DNA of 64,000 bases from Mustelus asterias (GCF_964213995.1 NC_135809.1:106268001-106332000), one strand, 5' to 3'. Positions 36,428-48,759 are shown, counted from the first letter of the stretch. Notes: a model not told the origin generated them from the sequence alone. Numbers and translations are program-made.

Positions 36428-37238
36428 TATTGCGCCTGCTGCACAGTCTGTTTTAACCCTTATATGGTGGACAAAGAATTGCGAGTAGACTTCCTGTTAA
36501 TGCAACAATATTTATTTACACACAATTATTAATCACCCACTCAACCAACAATAAGTTATCTTATAGAATACAAAAGTTCAAGACCAATACTAGACCTTGA
36601 CTTAACTTTCATGTGACTAGCAAGTACCCGGACAGATATTGGCCTTTATCCGCATGTTGGTCTCCGTAGTCCTCTGTGTAGTCTGGTCCTTTGGTCTGGT
36701 CTGATACTCCGGCTCTGGTTTCCTTCCTTCTTGGGTGTGGTGGCTCTCCTCGTGCTGGTCATTGCTGGTGATGGTTACCGTTGTTGTCAATCATTCGTTG
36801 GGAGGGAGAGAGAGATTCTTCTGTTGTGCAGCACCATTTTATACTTCTTTGGTTTTCGTGCCCTTTTTTGGCCATTGCCAATCAGTCAATCAGGACTTGA
36901 TCACCCTGATCGATAAAGTCCAATCAGGTGCTGCTACATCGATCTCTGGGTGTGTACCCAACGGCCATGCCTGTAGGTGCTGGAGGCACTTGGTCACATA
37001 CCTTCCTCTGAAATAAGGGGTTACGGTGCCCCTAAGTCTGGTAAACAGCCCAGTTTGACCAGAAAATGTCCTTTGTCCTGGAGATGGCCTATATCCTTTT
37101 TATTCCAGCTCTTGCAGCTGCAGCCTGTTTATCTCTGTCCAATTTCTTTTGAGGCTGCAGCCTGTCTGTTTCAGTGCTTGTCCAATTATCCCAGCGTGCT
37201 CTTGCAAACCACCATCTTATGTGGCCCGTTTTGCCACA
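36428..37238 (-). repeat. 5' LTR
   Basis: Colinear with 32913-33729, roughly 85-90% identical by eye. Confidence 0.88.
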
Positions 37239-37885
37239 GCCTGTACTAACCGTGACTGTGCTTGCAAAACACAAAACAGAATGCCTACTGTTAGATGTGA
37301 TTCCACTATCGGGCAGCACTTGTTGAATAATCTGAGTGTGCTAATAGCTACACTAACAACTAATTTAAGGTAATCAATCAAACTTATGACATGGCTCATT
37401 TATGGGCTTGCTAGAAGTTACATATGCAGGGACTTGTTCTCTGCAAGCAAAACAAATACACCTTTTTAGAATTACTCAGGAGATAGGAGCCTATAGTTTC
37501 CATGTTGCTTTCTGTATGCTATGTCTCAGTCAGGGTTGCAATACCAACCAATCATCACCTGGCAATATCCCTCCAATTCACTCATCATCCTGACTTGGAA
37601 ATATATTGCCGTTCCTTCATTGTCACTGGAACTCCCTCCCTAACAGCACATGAATTACACTAGTTCACGAAGAGGCTCAGCATCACCTTCTCAAGGGCAA
37701 TTCAGATGGACAAAAATTGTTGGCCTAGCCAGCGATGCTCATAACCCTTGGATGAATTTCAAAAATCAGCACCCTTTTCACCTGTAGTATAAATTGTCAC
37801 CATCATTTGAAATTTGGCATTCTTGCATTTGTTCTGATGAGTGCAAAGTACAAAGCTTCAGCGACATATCTCTTTTCAGCAATAT
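37239..37885 (+). mobile_element. old Penelope relic, right part, with L2-type tail insert and hammerhead-like terminus
   Basis: CDSTIGQHLLNN..LEV; CTGATGAGTGCAAAGTACAAAGCTT near 37835. Confidence 0.6.
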
Positions 37886-38576
37886 TATGAGGTAAAGTCA
37901 AATGGGTAGAGATTAAACATTCTCGTCCTACAAGTGTTTTTCCTCTACATAACACCAGGAAATGAAAGTTTGTCAGCTTCTATCTTTTAGTTATTTGGTG
38001 ATCTGATGAAACACTTTGTTGATACTCCACTCAAAACCTTGTACCAATTAAATAAGTAATTGATTGAAGATTTATTTTATTCTGAACTGTAACTGACCCA
38101 TGTTACTTATCAAACATCATTGACATTAACTGACAAACTACATTTTTAAAGTAAGTGATTCCTCAAACACCCGAGGGTAAACAACAATGTGAATAATAAA
38201 TGATGGCTGAACATTTACAACAGCTGAATAGAGTTGATCAGAAATGAAGACTGACCATAACAGTGGCAACAATTCATCACAGCTCTATGACAAAAGTCAC
38301 ACCAACTTCTTCAAGGGCCCTTCCATTCAAAAAGGGTGGTGAGTTTAGCTTGTGTCAAACACTGTATGGGAAGCATGTTAGTAGGACATCAGTTCCATTA
38401 ACATAAATGCCGTATTTCTGTGCTGGTTAAACAACAGATTGTCTTGAAGAGCACGTGTAGAGTTGAAGTTTATTATAATTAGGGAGAGTCTGAACGAAGC
38501 TAAATGCCGAGCCATTTAAACTGGGGTGGGTGGGAGAATGTCCAAACTCACAGGAATTTCTGTTAAGCTCCTGTGA

Positions 38577-38875
38577 GCGGCACGGTGGCACAGTGGTTTG
38601 CACTGCTGTCTCACAGCACCAGGGACCTGGGTTCGATTCCTGGCTTGGGTCACTGTCTGTGCCGAGTTTGCACGTTCTCCCCATGTCTGCGTGGGTTTCC
38701 TCTGGGTGCTCCGGTTTCCTCCCACGGTGCGAAAGGCGTGCTGGTTAGGTGCATCATCCATGCTAAATTCAGTGTACCCGAACAGGTGCCGGAATGTGGC
38801 GGCTAGGGGATTTTCACAGTAACTTCATTGCAGTGTTAGTGTAAGCCTATTTGTGACCCTAATAAATGAACTTTA
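38577..38875 (+). mobile_element. V-SINE, tail type B
   Basis: HE1 head and body plus type B tail. Confidence 0.85.
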
Positions 38876-39321
38876 AAAAATGGGGCTGCAGGCTGGGGTT
38901 ACAAAACAGGTTGCTGATTGTCAGTGTGAAGCAGAAGCACACAGTTGATTTAAGGTTCCCAGTTTCTTTTTAATAAAAGCATTGTTGGTGAGAACATGAA
39001 GCCATGGAAAGAAATCAAACTAAGGAATAAAAATTCCAGTGATAATTAAAATGTCCCTTTTTTACTTGCTCACATTCAAGCCCTTTAATTCACTAAAGCT
39101 ACCTAAGTGAGCAATACTGGGAGCTATTCCAGCATTCCACAATTGATTGCGAAGACAGACTGAGGTTCGAGCCTTTGTGTAGAAGAAGATCACCAAGGCG
39201 AAATGAGACAAGACACCATGAATCAAGAAATAATGGTTAAGCGACAGCAAGCAACACTTGGAGGGCAATAATAATCCACGTTGGAATATATAAAACACGT
39301 AGAAACAATACTGACTTCCGA

Positions 39322-39585
39322 CTAATGTTTATCATCAGAACTCCTTTCATTGTGCAGTCCCTCTTGCAGGTAGCCTTTAGTTGTCTTCACCTTCTCTAAG
39401 AACCTCTGAAGTGCCTTCTTTTCTCTGTCTATATCGCAGCAGTGAGCAGCAGCAGTTCTCTGGGTGACTCTCAATACCCGAGCATTTCGCTTTTCCTCTC
39501 CGCGATTTGCAACCCTGGCCCAGCGAAGATTGTTGGTGTCCTCGATCTGTCTTATGCTAATGTCTTTCCGTTTATTTAAGTTCAT
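39322..39585 (-). CDS. putative small basic coiled-coil protein or coding exon
   Basis: 87 codons from ATG in apparently non-repetitive, CpG-retaining DNA; helical composition; GTCAGT donor-like site just after the stop. Confidence 0.4.
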   Translation of the reverse strand: MNLNKRKDISIRQIEDTNNLRWARVANRGEEKRNARVLRVTQRTAAAHCCDIDREKKALQRFLEKVKTTKGYLQEGLHNERSSDDKH

Positions 39586-40129
39586 TTTTATCCCCAAGAT
39601 TTAAAAAAAATAAAAATCCACCGTAAGTAAAACTTTATCTGGTGAGAAAACTTTTTTTTTCTCCCCTGGTAGTCTGTAGATACTTCACATGATATACCAC
39701 TGCATCTCTGCAATGCTCACAGTTAATAATTAACAAGTGCTCTCTCAAGGCTGAGCACTCACATTGTTCCCCTACTGTGCCATCCTTTTAGGAGGTTAAT
39801 GTTAAGTATAGCTTATCATTAACATAAAACAACTGACTTGAATTTTAATCATGCTTGATTCAGATTGTTATTTGTGTGGGAAGTTAGTTTAATGACTTGT
39901 GCTCATATGTAAGTGGTGGAAGAGTCAACTTACAAAGTAGGCACTCCAATGAGCTTTGTTAACCTTCAGAAAGAACCCATTTAAAAAAAATATAACATAT
40001 TGTAGTGATTAGTGTAAGAACAGTTATTATGATCGTTATTTCAACCATAATTCTGCCAATTGGACTTTTGTTAAAGCTCTAGTTATAGTCCGAGATCTGT
40101 GAGTAAGTAACCTGTTTGAATGCTTTTGG

Positions 40130-40463
40130 AGGTTTACAGAAGGACGCTATTCGGCCCATTAAATCTGCAGCAGCACTCTAAAAGAACACTCTAAATCGGC
40201 CCACTCCCGTAACCCCAGCATTTATCATGGCCAATCCACCCAATGTACACATCCCCAGACAATAAGGGGCAATTTAGCATGGCCAATCCACCTAACCCGC
40301 ACATCTGTGGAGTGTGGGAGGAAACCAGAGCACCCAGAGGAAACCCACACAGACACGGGAGAATGTGTAAACTCCATGGAGATGGTCACCCAAGGTTGGA
40401 ACTGAACCCAGGTCCCTGTGACATGAGGCAGCAGTGCTAACCACTGTGCCACCATGCCGTCCC
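40130..40463 (-). mobile_element. HE1 SINE
   Basis: Head, V-domain and tail in reverse. Confidence 0.85.
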
Positions 40464-40964
40464 ATATTGTGTCTGTCGTATGTGCGCTGATTCTTTGAAA
40501 GTACAGTTGTGCTTAGTCATAAGAACATAAGAGCGAGGAGCAGGATTCAGCCCCTCAAACCTGTTCCGCCATTTAATACAATCATGGCTGATCTCATCTT
40601 GACCTCAACTCCACTCTCTTGCCCATTCACCATAACGCTTCGAATCCCTACTAATTAAAGTCTCCAATTCCTGCTTTTTCTTCACAACCCTGTAAGTTTC
40701 TTTTTACAAATAACTGTCCAATTTCCTTTAAGAATTATTCATGGAATCAGCATTCTCCACCTTTTCAGGTAGTGTTTCAGATCCTGACCCATTGAATGAA
40801 AGAAAATCTCTTCCTCTCCCCCTCTTAGATCTTGAGCAAAGATTTTAAATCTTTGGCCTCTGGCTATTGATCCACTTGTCAGAGGGAATTGTTTTTCTCA
40901 AATTATTAAAATTTCTTGTCATCTTGAAAAGCTATTTACGAAAATGCCTGCACCTTCTCTGTTG

Positions 40965-41570
40965 GTAAGAAGTTTAACAACACCAGGTTAAAGTCCAACA
41001 GGTTTATTTGGTCGCAAAAGCCACACAAGCTTTCGGAGCCTCAAGCCCCTTCTTCAGGTGACTTACAAAGTAGGCACTCCAATGAGCTTTGTTAACCTTC
41101 AGAAATAACCCGTTTTTTAAAAAAAACATATTGTAGTGATTAGTGTAAGAATAGTTATTATGATAGTTATTTCAACCATAATTCTGCCAATTGGACTTTT
41201 GTTAAAGCTCTAGTTATAGTAAATTACAATTATAGTATTATTGTATTATTATTGTAGTATTATACAATTATAGTAAATGATAGTAAATTATGTAATTACA
41301 GAGGGTCACCACATTCACCCCCTCTTTAAAGAAAGAGTCCGGTGGGGGTGAGATGGGTGGAACAATATATACAGAGGCATGAAGATATATATATACAAGA
41401 GTCACAAAGCTGAAGTAAGACGTCAACCCCTCGCCTGAAGAAGGGGCTTAGGGCTCCGAAAGCTTGTGTGGCTTTTGCTACCAAATAAACCTGTTGGACT
41501 TTAACCTGGTGTTGTTAAACTTCTTACTGTGTTTACCCCAGTCCAACGCCGGCATCTCCACATCATGACT
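40965..41570. mobile_element. Penelope inverted termini enclosing captured DNA
   Basis: Arms 40965-41060 and 41433-41570; TSD ACCTTCTCTGTTG; 41061-41220 duplicates 39928-40089. Confidence 0.9.
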
Positions 41571-41584
41571 ACCTTCTCTGTTGC

Positions 41585-42000
41585 ACAGAGAGTAATCCTA
41601 ACTTTCCCAATCTCTCCTAATAACTGCAACCCTCGATTTCCAGATCCCGATAACCCTCCTCCCTATCCCTTTCTCAGGCCTTTACATTTCTTTCCTGAAT
41701 TGTAGTGCTTCGGATTGTCTGCAATATTCTGGCTGAGGTTTAACCAGTTCCAGGTTGACCACTTTGCTTTTATATTCCAATCTTCTATTTATAAGCCCAA
41801 GCAATCCTTACGCTTTTTTAAGCATCTTATCAGCTTGTCCTGGCATCTTAAAGGATTTGTGTAGACGCACTTCAAGGTTACTTTTCTCATTTGCATTTTT
41901 CAAAATTGTGCCCATTCTAGAATACTGCCTTTCCATAATAGACCTCCCAAAATGCATTGTGTCACACTTTCCCTTCATCCATCATGCTTCTGCTCATTTC
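41585..42000 (-). mobile_element. old CR1 fragment
   Basis: Degenerate antisense similarity to the CR1 RT 3' region. Confidence 0.5.
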
Positions 42001-43044
42001 GCCATCATGTTTATGAAGCTGAGAACTATCCATCATGATCTACTTTGTCAAATTTAGAACCATCAGCAATCTGCATAATGCTGCTCTTATACCCAACCTT
42101 GAGTCTATTTACTGTACTTGACCAGAGGCCCACTAGTGCCAACTACCTTCTGGTACCTCACTCACATGCTCACTTCAACATGGATGAGTTAAATGAGTGA
42201 TGGATGAAATGTCTATGATTATTATCGTTGTAAAGCTGGAAGATCGCAGTACAAAGGGATCAGTACATCAATGTTGGTAAGTACAACAGCTCTTTTGTTG
42301 TCCTAAAGAAGGTGGTGGTGATCCTCCGACTTGAGCGGTTGCAGCCCATATACTGAAGGCATGGTAAAGGTTCCCGCAGAATGCTGTTATTTGTGGATTT
42401 TCAGGACTTTGGCCCAGTGACAATGAAAGAATAACCCGCACATCTTTGGATGTACTCACCAATGTACTCACTAATCATTGCTAAGTCCACGGTTGAACTG
42501 CAATGATGCCAATCTACTCCTACCTCTGAACAATCTGCTGCTTCAGGCTTTTGCTGCCCACCCTGGCAAGTCCCCACATTAAAAAAAAATCATGTAACAA
42601 CTCACACAGTTCTGCAAGTGGCTGCAGCAGCACAGCCCAGCTGCTGCACCCTCACTCGGAACTCGAACTCTCTGCCACTCACTTTCCCTAACTGAATCCA
42701 ACCGGCTCCAAAGAGGCAGCATACTGAGCACTCCTATATTTACCCATAGCCACTCCTCAATCCAAGGCATGAATGCTCCTCAAAGACCTCAGGTCCTAAC
42801 AGCATTGGCGATGTGGAACATGGTTTGTCACCGTGCCACTGGTCACGTAATACTGAGGCCACCAAGCCTGTGCAAGGTGACCTCTTCCCTCACATGTCAT
42901 CATGTGCAGCATCACCTCATCACTGGCATTTCATCCACTGAATCTCATGATAAAACACACCCCAAGTATCACACATATGAGAATGTACCTCTTCTACTCT
43001 TGTCCCAGGGTGGCAGAAATACAGCAACCAGAATGCCAGGGAGG

Positions 43045-43250
43045 TGGTGGCACCTTGCTTCACAGACCATGGCCTGGGATTCTGGTGAGCAAGGTGTTTG
43101 AGTAGAAGAACATTCTCTTCCCTGGAGGCTGCAAGCTGGTTCCATTCACCGCGAAAAATGCCTGTATCCAGGTCATGAGGTGGTCAGCTCAGCTGGTGGT
43201 GTTCTGTGACCCCAGTGATCTTCTGTGCTCGGACAAGGTGAGTGAGATTT
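43045..43250 (+). pseudogene. Harbinger Myb/SANT ORF relic
   Basis: PCFTD..ILVSKV..KNILFP..VSS..DLL followed by a GTGAGT donor. Confidence 0.55.
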
Positions 43251-43849
43251 CCCTACTCAGTATCAAGCCTGGCATCGCTGAATGCTACATGCCGGGCTTC
43301 GGGTAGACTCATAGTGCTTGCTGCTAAGCAACACTGTAGGAGCATGTGCCAAGATCAGTGGCACAGGAAACACTGTGAATGACAAAGGATGTCAACAGAC
43401 AGATGTCCCTGGAGAACTCTCGGGGATTTAGCACTTCACTAAGCCACAACATCACCCTTTTCCTCTTGTTCTTCCAGGAGAAGAGGATACGCAAGGCCCA
43501 AGAGTTCAAGAAGACCCCACAACTCTAGAGCTGTGAAGGAGAGGGGAATGTCAATGGTGAGAATGCCATTGTTGGAATGTGTAGGTGATGACCAATTCCC
43601 TCATCCCAGATACACAAGATCGCGATGTTGATAAAATTGTGCAAACAGATGGTGGTGAAGGCTGATGGGGGGGAAAGAGGGTGGGTGGGACTGGGTAGTG
43701 GTATCTCGGGTGCTTTTAGTGTTAAGTTATTGAAAAGTCTGATTATGTTCTGCCAAGGAGGCAACAACAGTCTGACCACCCAACCACAGGGGTAGCTCTG
43801 GTGGAGGGCAATAAAGAATGAGAATGCTCCACATTACTTCAATTCATGA

Positions 43850-44460
43850 CTGCCTTGTGGTTCTTTCACAGGTCCAGTTATTGCAGTCCCACCACCAGGA
43901 GAGGCCTTGGATACCAGGAGGAGGAATACACGCCCAAGATCTACCATTGCAGCCAGCTGACTCAGCAGGCACCAGCCCTAAACCCTGAAAGATCAAAGAA
44001 TCATGGCAACTGCCAGGGTAATAGTTGCAAACAAGAAGGAAACTCTTGCAGTGGTCACAGAGCAGCCTAACATTCAAATAGTGGTAGCTGTCCTGTCGGC
44101 ATAAGATTCTAGATTCTACATGGGTGCAGCACACGTGCAGTTGACCAGGTCCTGGACTTCTGGGAAGCCAGCAATGCAAACAAATCCTGTCATCCTTTGT
44201 GTTTGAAAGGTCGGGTCAGTGTTGTCGGAAATGAATTCACCAAACCTGAAGCAAATGTCATTGGTTACAGCATGTATGCACCAGTGAGCAGCTGACTGGG
44301 GGGGGCGGGGATGCCACACAAAATGGCCACAGAGCACTGGAATGAGCTGGTGGCTTGGAAATGAAGGGCGAGAATTACCTTCAATGCTACTGGCAATGCA
44401 TACCTCTGGACTGATCCTGGCTGCAGGTCTGCATTGAGAAGGGTGCACAGCTCAAACACG
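43850..44460 (-). pseudogene. Harbinger DDE transposase relic
   Basis: ALPVALKVILALHF.ATSSFQ; IAGFPEVQ..NCT; YHYLNVRLLCDH..YPGSCHDSLI. Confidence 0.8.
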
Positions 44461-44511
44461 GATGATTAAATATAAGCCTTTCTTTGAAAGGAAAGTGATT
44501 CCAGATCACTG

Positions 44512-45020
44512 ATGGGGTGGTGCTGGCCTAGTGGTGTTATCGCTAGACTATTAATCCAGAAACTCAGGTAATGTTCTGGGAACCAAGGTTCGAATCTCAC
44601 CATGGCAGATGGTGGAATTTGAATTCAATAAAAATATCTGGAATTAAGAATTAAGATGACCATGAAACCATTGTTGATTGTCAGAAAATCCCCATCTGGT
44701 TCACTAATGTCCTTTGGGACAGCATGAGGACACAGTGGTTAGCACTGTTGCCTCACAGCGCAATTCCGGCCCCGGGTCACTGTGTGGCATTTGCACAGTC
44801 TTCCCGTGTCTGCATGGGTTTCCTCTGGGTGCTCCGGTTTCCTCCCACAGTCCAAAGACGTGCAGGTCAGGTTGATTGGCCATGCTAGTGTCCCTAGTGT
44901 CAAGGGGATTGGCAAGGTAAGTATGTGGGGTTACGGGAATAGGGCCTGGGTGGGATTGTGGTCGGTGCAGACTCGATGGGCCAAATGGCCTCCTTCTGCA
45001 CTGTAGGGATTCAATGATCC
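44512..45020 (+). mobile_element. Deu-SINE 5' half followed by HE1 SINE
   Basis: Deu-SINE 44512-44715; HE1 44716-45020. Confidence 0.8.
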
Positions 45021-45967
45021 TCATCGAATAATTCTCTCATCCCAGGAATCAGTCTAGTGAACCTTCAATGCACCCTTACCAAGACAATTTTATACATTTC
45101 TTTACATCAGGAAGCTAAATCAGTAGCAGTACTCCAGGTGTGGTCCCACCAAAGCCCGATATCATTGCGCCAAGGCTGTCTTATTCCAACCCCCTTTGCA
45201 ATAGAAGCTAATGCATTCCTGCCAAGCCCGCGCCTGCCAGGAATTTCAGTGCTTGCCCTTTTTAAGGCTTTTTAAGCCTCAGTCATTTTATCAAAATGGA
45301 TTAATTTCACGTTGTGTAAGTAAATCTTTTTTTTGTATCAAGCCACCCTTTAGATCAGATTTCTATTCAGATTAGTGTTCCTATTGCTGGCAATTAAAAC
45401 AAGTGGAAAATGTTGCATTTGCATTCAGAAGAAGCAGGTTATCCTGAGGGTTGTTAATTAGAAGTGCATGGAGTATCATGTTTAGCATTAATGTAGATGG
45501 GATTAAATTTGACTTGAGTTTCACCAAAGTTTGAATTTTGATATGTTAACATTGCTTTCAGTTTCTCTCTCAAATTTGTGTTCTGCATTCAGTTTAAAGC
45601 ACTAAAAATAAGCATTTTTAAGGAATATTCCTACACATTTATTTTGCTGTAAACTGAGACTTTGTTTTATGATGCTCTGTGTCTTAGATAAATGCTAAGT
45701 TAAGACTGTTTAGCATACACTCAACATCTTATTACACATTATTAAAATTTTATTGCTGGATCCAAGCATAAATTCTGCTGCAAATCACTGCCAGGTGTAT
45801 CAGGTAGAGGCATAGAATTAAGCAATTAGAAATGTACATAGCTGAATTATTTACACATGTCATTAACCTTTTGGGCACTGAATGACTCTTAAACATGGAA
45901 ATTATGCTGTACAATATTATCACGTGAAGACAAATGAGTTAAAACTTCCATTATAATAATAGAAGAA

Positions 45968-46352
45968 TGGGGCGGCACGGTGGCACTGCTGCCTCACAGT
46001 GCCAGGGACCAGGGTTCAATTCCGGCCTCAGGCGACTGTCTGTACGGAGTTTGCACGTTCTCCCCGTGTCTGCGTGCATGTGTTTCATCCGGGTACTCCG
46101 GTTTCTTCCCACAGTCCAAAGATGTGCACATTAGATGGATTAGCCATGGAAAATTTCTTCTTAGTGTCAGGGGGTCGGAATTGAAACCAAGAGAGAAAAC
46201 GCTGGAAAGTCTCAGCAGCTCTGGCAGCATCTGTAAGGAGAGAAAAAAAGCTGATGTTTCGAGTCCAGGTGATCCTTTCTCTCTATGATTGGAATTGAAC
46301 CCAGGTCCCTGGCGCTGTGAGGCAGCAGTGCTAACCACTGTGCCACCGTGCC
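45968..46352. mobile_element. HE1 5' half (+) / Penelope-2 terminus (-) / HE1 head (-) composite
   Basis: 46185-46285 is the reverse of the 15300-type terminus, lying between two opposed SINE heads. Confidence 0.7.
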
Positions 46353-46914
46353 GTATGTTCTCTCCCCAGCTGGCCAAATTGTGACATTGCACTATTTTGA
46401 TTGATTTGATACACAACTTACAAACTTTGACCATTCCCTTGCAACTTTATTTGAAACACTTGCAACAGTCACACAAAATTCAGATATTCACTTTTGTGCT
46501 TTCCCTCCGTGCCTGTCATCCAGGTGCCTTTGCCAGGCCCAGTGCAATGCCACCTTAACAACTGCAGCAGGACAGGTGAAAGTCTGCTGATGACCTTGCA
46601 GGTCAACCTTGAGGAGCTTGGGGTCCTGAGAGCTCAGCTTCGGGTTGCACTACCTTAGTCTGGATGGCAACAGTCTGGACTGGCTGAAGGGCAACAGCAA
46701 CAACATTGATGGAGTGGCAGTGTTGGGAGCATGAATGCTGTCATCCCGAGAGAGGGAAGTGGGCAACTGCCACTTCCCCGAGGTTTCAGCAATCCTATTG
46801 ATCTGCTGGAGCACAGGTGATGAGAATGCTGCAACACGGTGCAAGGTGTTTTGAACACTTGTATCTCTAACGAGGCTGATTCGACATGGCACCAAGCTGG
46901 TCTTGCATGACAAC

Positions 46915-47983
46915 GGGCCCGGTTTTACCAATCGGAGCCTAAGGGCAGGATCTGGGCGTAATACGGATCCGAGCCCGGAATCCTCTTCCCAGCGCGCCCA
47001 TCCGCGTTTTGCCAGCGCCGGACCGATTCACGTTGTGGGAGGGGGCTTAGCGCTGTCGGAACGATCGGAGCTCTGAAGTGTGCATGCGCAGTTCGAAAAA
47101 AATCCGAAGCAGCACGCCCGGGCGGGGAGGAAAAAGCAGAGAGAGCGGCTCTCTGACCCAGACCATCTGGGGTGGGGGGGGGGGGGGGGGGGGGGGGCGG
47201 GAGGAGAGGGGGTGTGATGTATCATCCTCTGGGGGGGGCCACTGCCACTCTGCGGCCGATCGGTGGGGAGGGAGGGGGCAGGGGGTTCCGCTGAGGTGAA
47301 TAATGACAGTCGTGGTGTTTGAAGTATGCGGCCACTCCGGAGAGGAGGGACTCGTTCCTCTGGTGGGAAGAAGGGATCGGCCGCAGAGTGGCAGCGGAAC
47401 CCCCTGCCCCCTCCCTCCCCACTGATCGGCCGCAGAGTGGCAGCGCCCCCCCCCCCCCCGCAGAGGATGATATGTCACACACCCTCTCCTCCCACCCCCC
47501 CAGGGGATGATCGGTCACATCCCCTCCCCTCCCACCGCCCCCCACCCCCACCCCAGAAGATGATATGTCACACCCCTCTCCTCTTCCTCCCGCCCCCCCC
47601 CCCCCACCCACCCAGAGGAGGAGCTGGGTCAGAGAGCCGTTGCAGTCTCTGACCCCGCTCTTCGGAGGCTGCAGCGGCGACTTCGGATTTTTATTCGGCA
47701 GGTCGATTAGAGCGCGGATCTGCATTGGACCAGAAGACGGTAAAGTGGGATTTGGCGGTAGAGTTGGGCGCGCGGTTCATTAAGTCGATTTAAATGCATG
47801 CAAATGCATTTAAATCGTCAGGACGCCCGATTCGGTCGCGGACCGGACCCGCGCCCGAATCAGGTGTCGGTAAAGCCGCGATCTGCTCGGAATCGGGTGC
47901 AGATTGCGGTATAGGCCCGACGCCCAACTTTACTGCGATTTCGCGCCCGAAAATGGGCGCGATGTTTTGGTAAAATCGGACCC
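46915..47983 (-). mobile_element. non-autonomous Harbinger-type element (copy 2)
   Basis: TIRs GGGCCCGGTTTTACCAA / TTGGTAAAATCGGACCC, TSD AAC; subterminal regions homologous to copy 1 in reverse. Confidence 0.85.
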
Positions 47984-48242
47984 AACAATCCCACGTCTCA
48001 TTCTGAGCTTCTGCTGTAGTATTCGGATGTTTGGTAGCCTCTGCCTGTGCTGCAGTGGAAGCTGAAGCAAGGTATTTGGGAGCCTTCATGCAGTTGGTCA
48101 TCATTTCCACTCTGGAAAGGGTGGGCTCCCAACCCTGCACAAAGCTATGTCCCAAGACTCCTCCTTACTCCTTGGCAGTATCAAGAGGCTCTGTGGAAGA
48201 TGTCAATTTCCAAAATTTCTGTGTGCATGCCCATCAGCCTTT

Positions 48243-48567
48243 TCATAGGATCATAGAATCCCTACAGTGCAGAAGGATGCCATATGGCCCATTGCACCTG
48301 CACTGACAACAATTCCCCCCGGGCCCTATCCCCGTAACCCCAAGCATTCACCCTGCTAATCTCCCTGGCACTAAGTGTCAATTTGGCATGGCCAATCAAC
48401 CTAACCTGCACTTCTTTGGACTATGGGAGGAAACCGGAGCACCCAGAGGAAACCCACGCAGACACGGGGAGAATGTGTAAACTCCACACAGACAGTCACC
48501 CGAATTGAACCTGGGTCCCTGGTGTTGTGAGGCAGCAGTGCTAACCACTGTTCCATCATGCCGCCCC
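48243..48567 (-). mobile_element. HE1 SINE
   Basis: Full consensus in reverse. Confidence 0.88.
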
Positions 48568-48759
48568 ATTCTCCCCCTGTCTACGTGGGTTTCCTCCAGG
48601 TGCTCCGGAGGTCTGGGGGTGGTTTCAGGACAAATAGTTAAGTGAAGTGTATAACTGAGTCTTGATTGATAGGGACTGCTGGTGGGTGAATGGGCCGGGT
48701 GGGCTTGATGTGGTAAAAAGCACATGTGTTGGTGGTGCTTGAAGTTACATTCACTGTAC

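Larger units (their letters stand above)
32913..37238 (-). mobile_element. internally deleted endogenous retrovirus with foamy-/lokiretrovirus-like env
   Basis: Two ~810-bp direct LTRs, PBS, PPT, integrase C-terminus and env TM relic; gag and most of pol absent. Confidence 0.88.
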
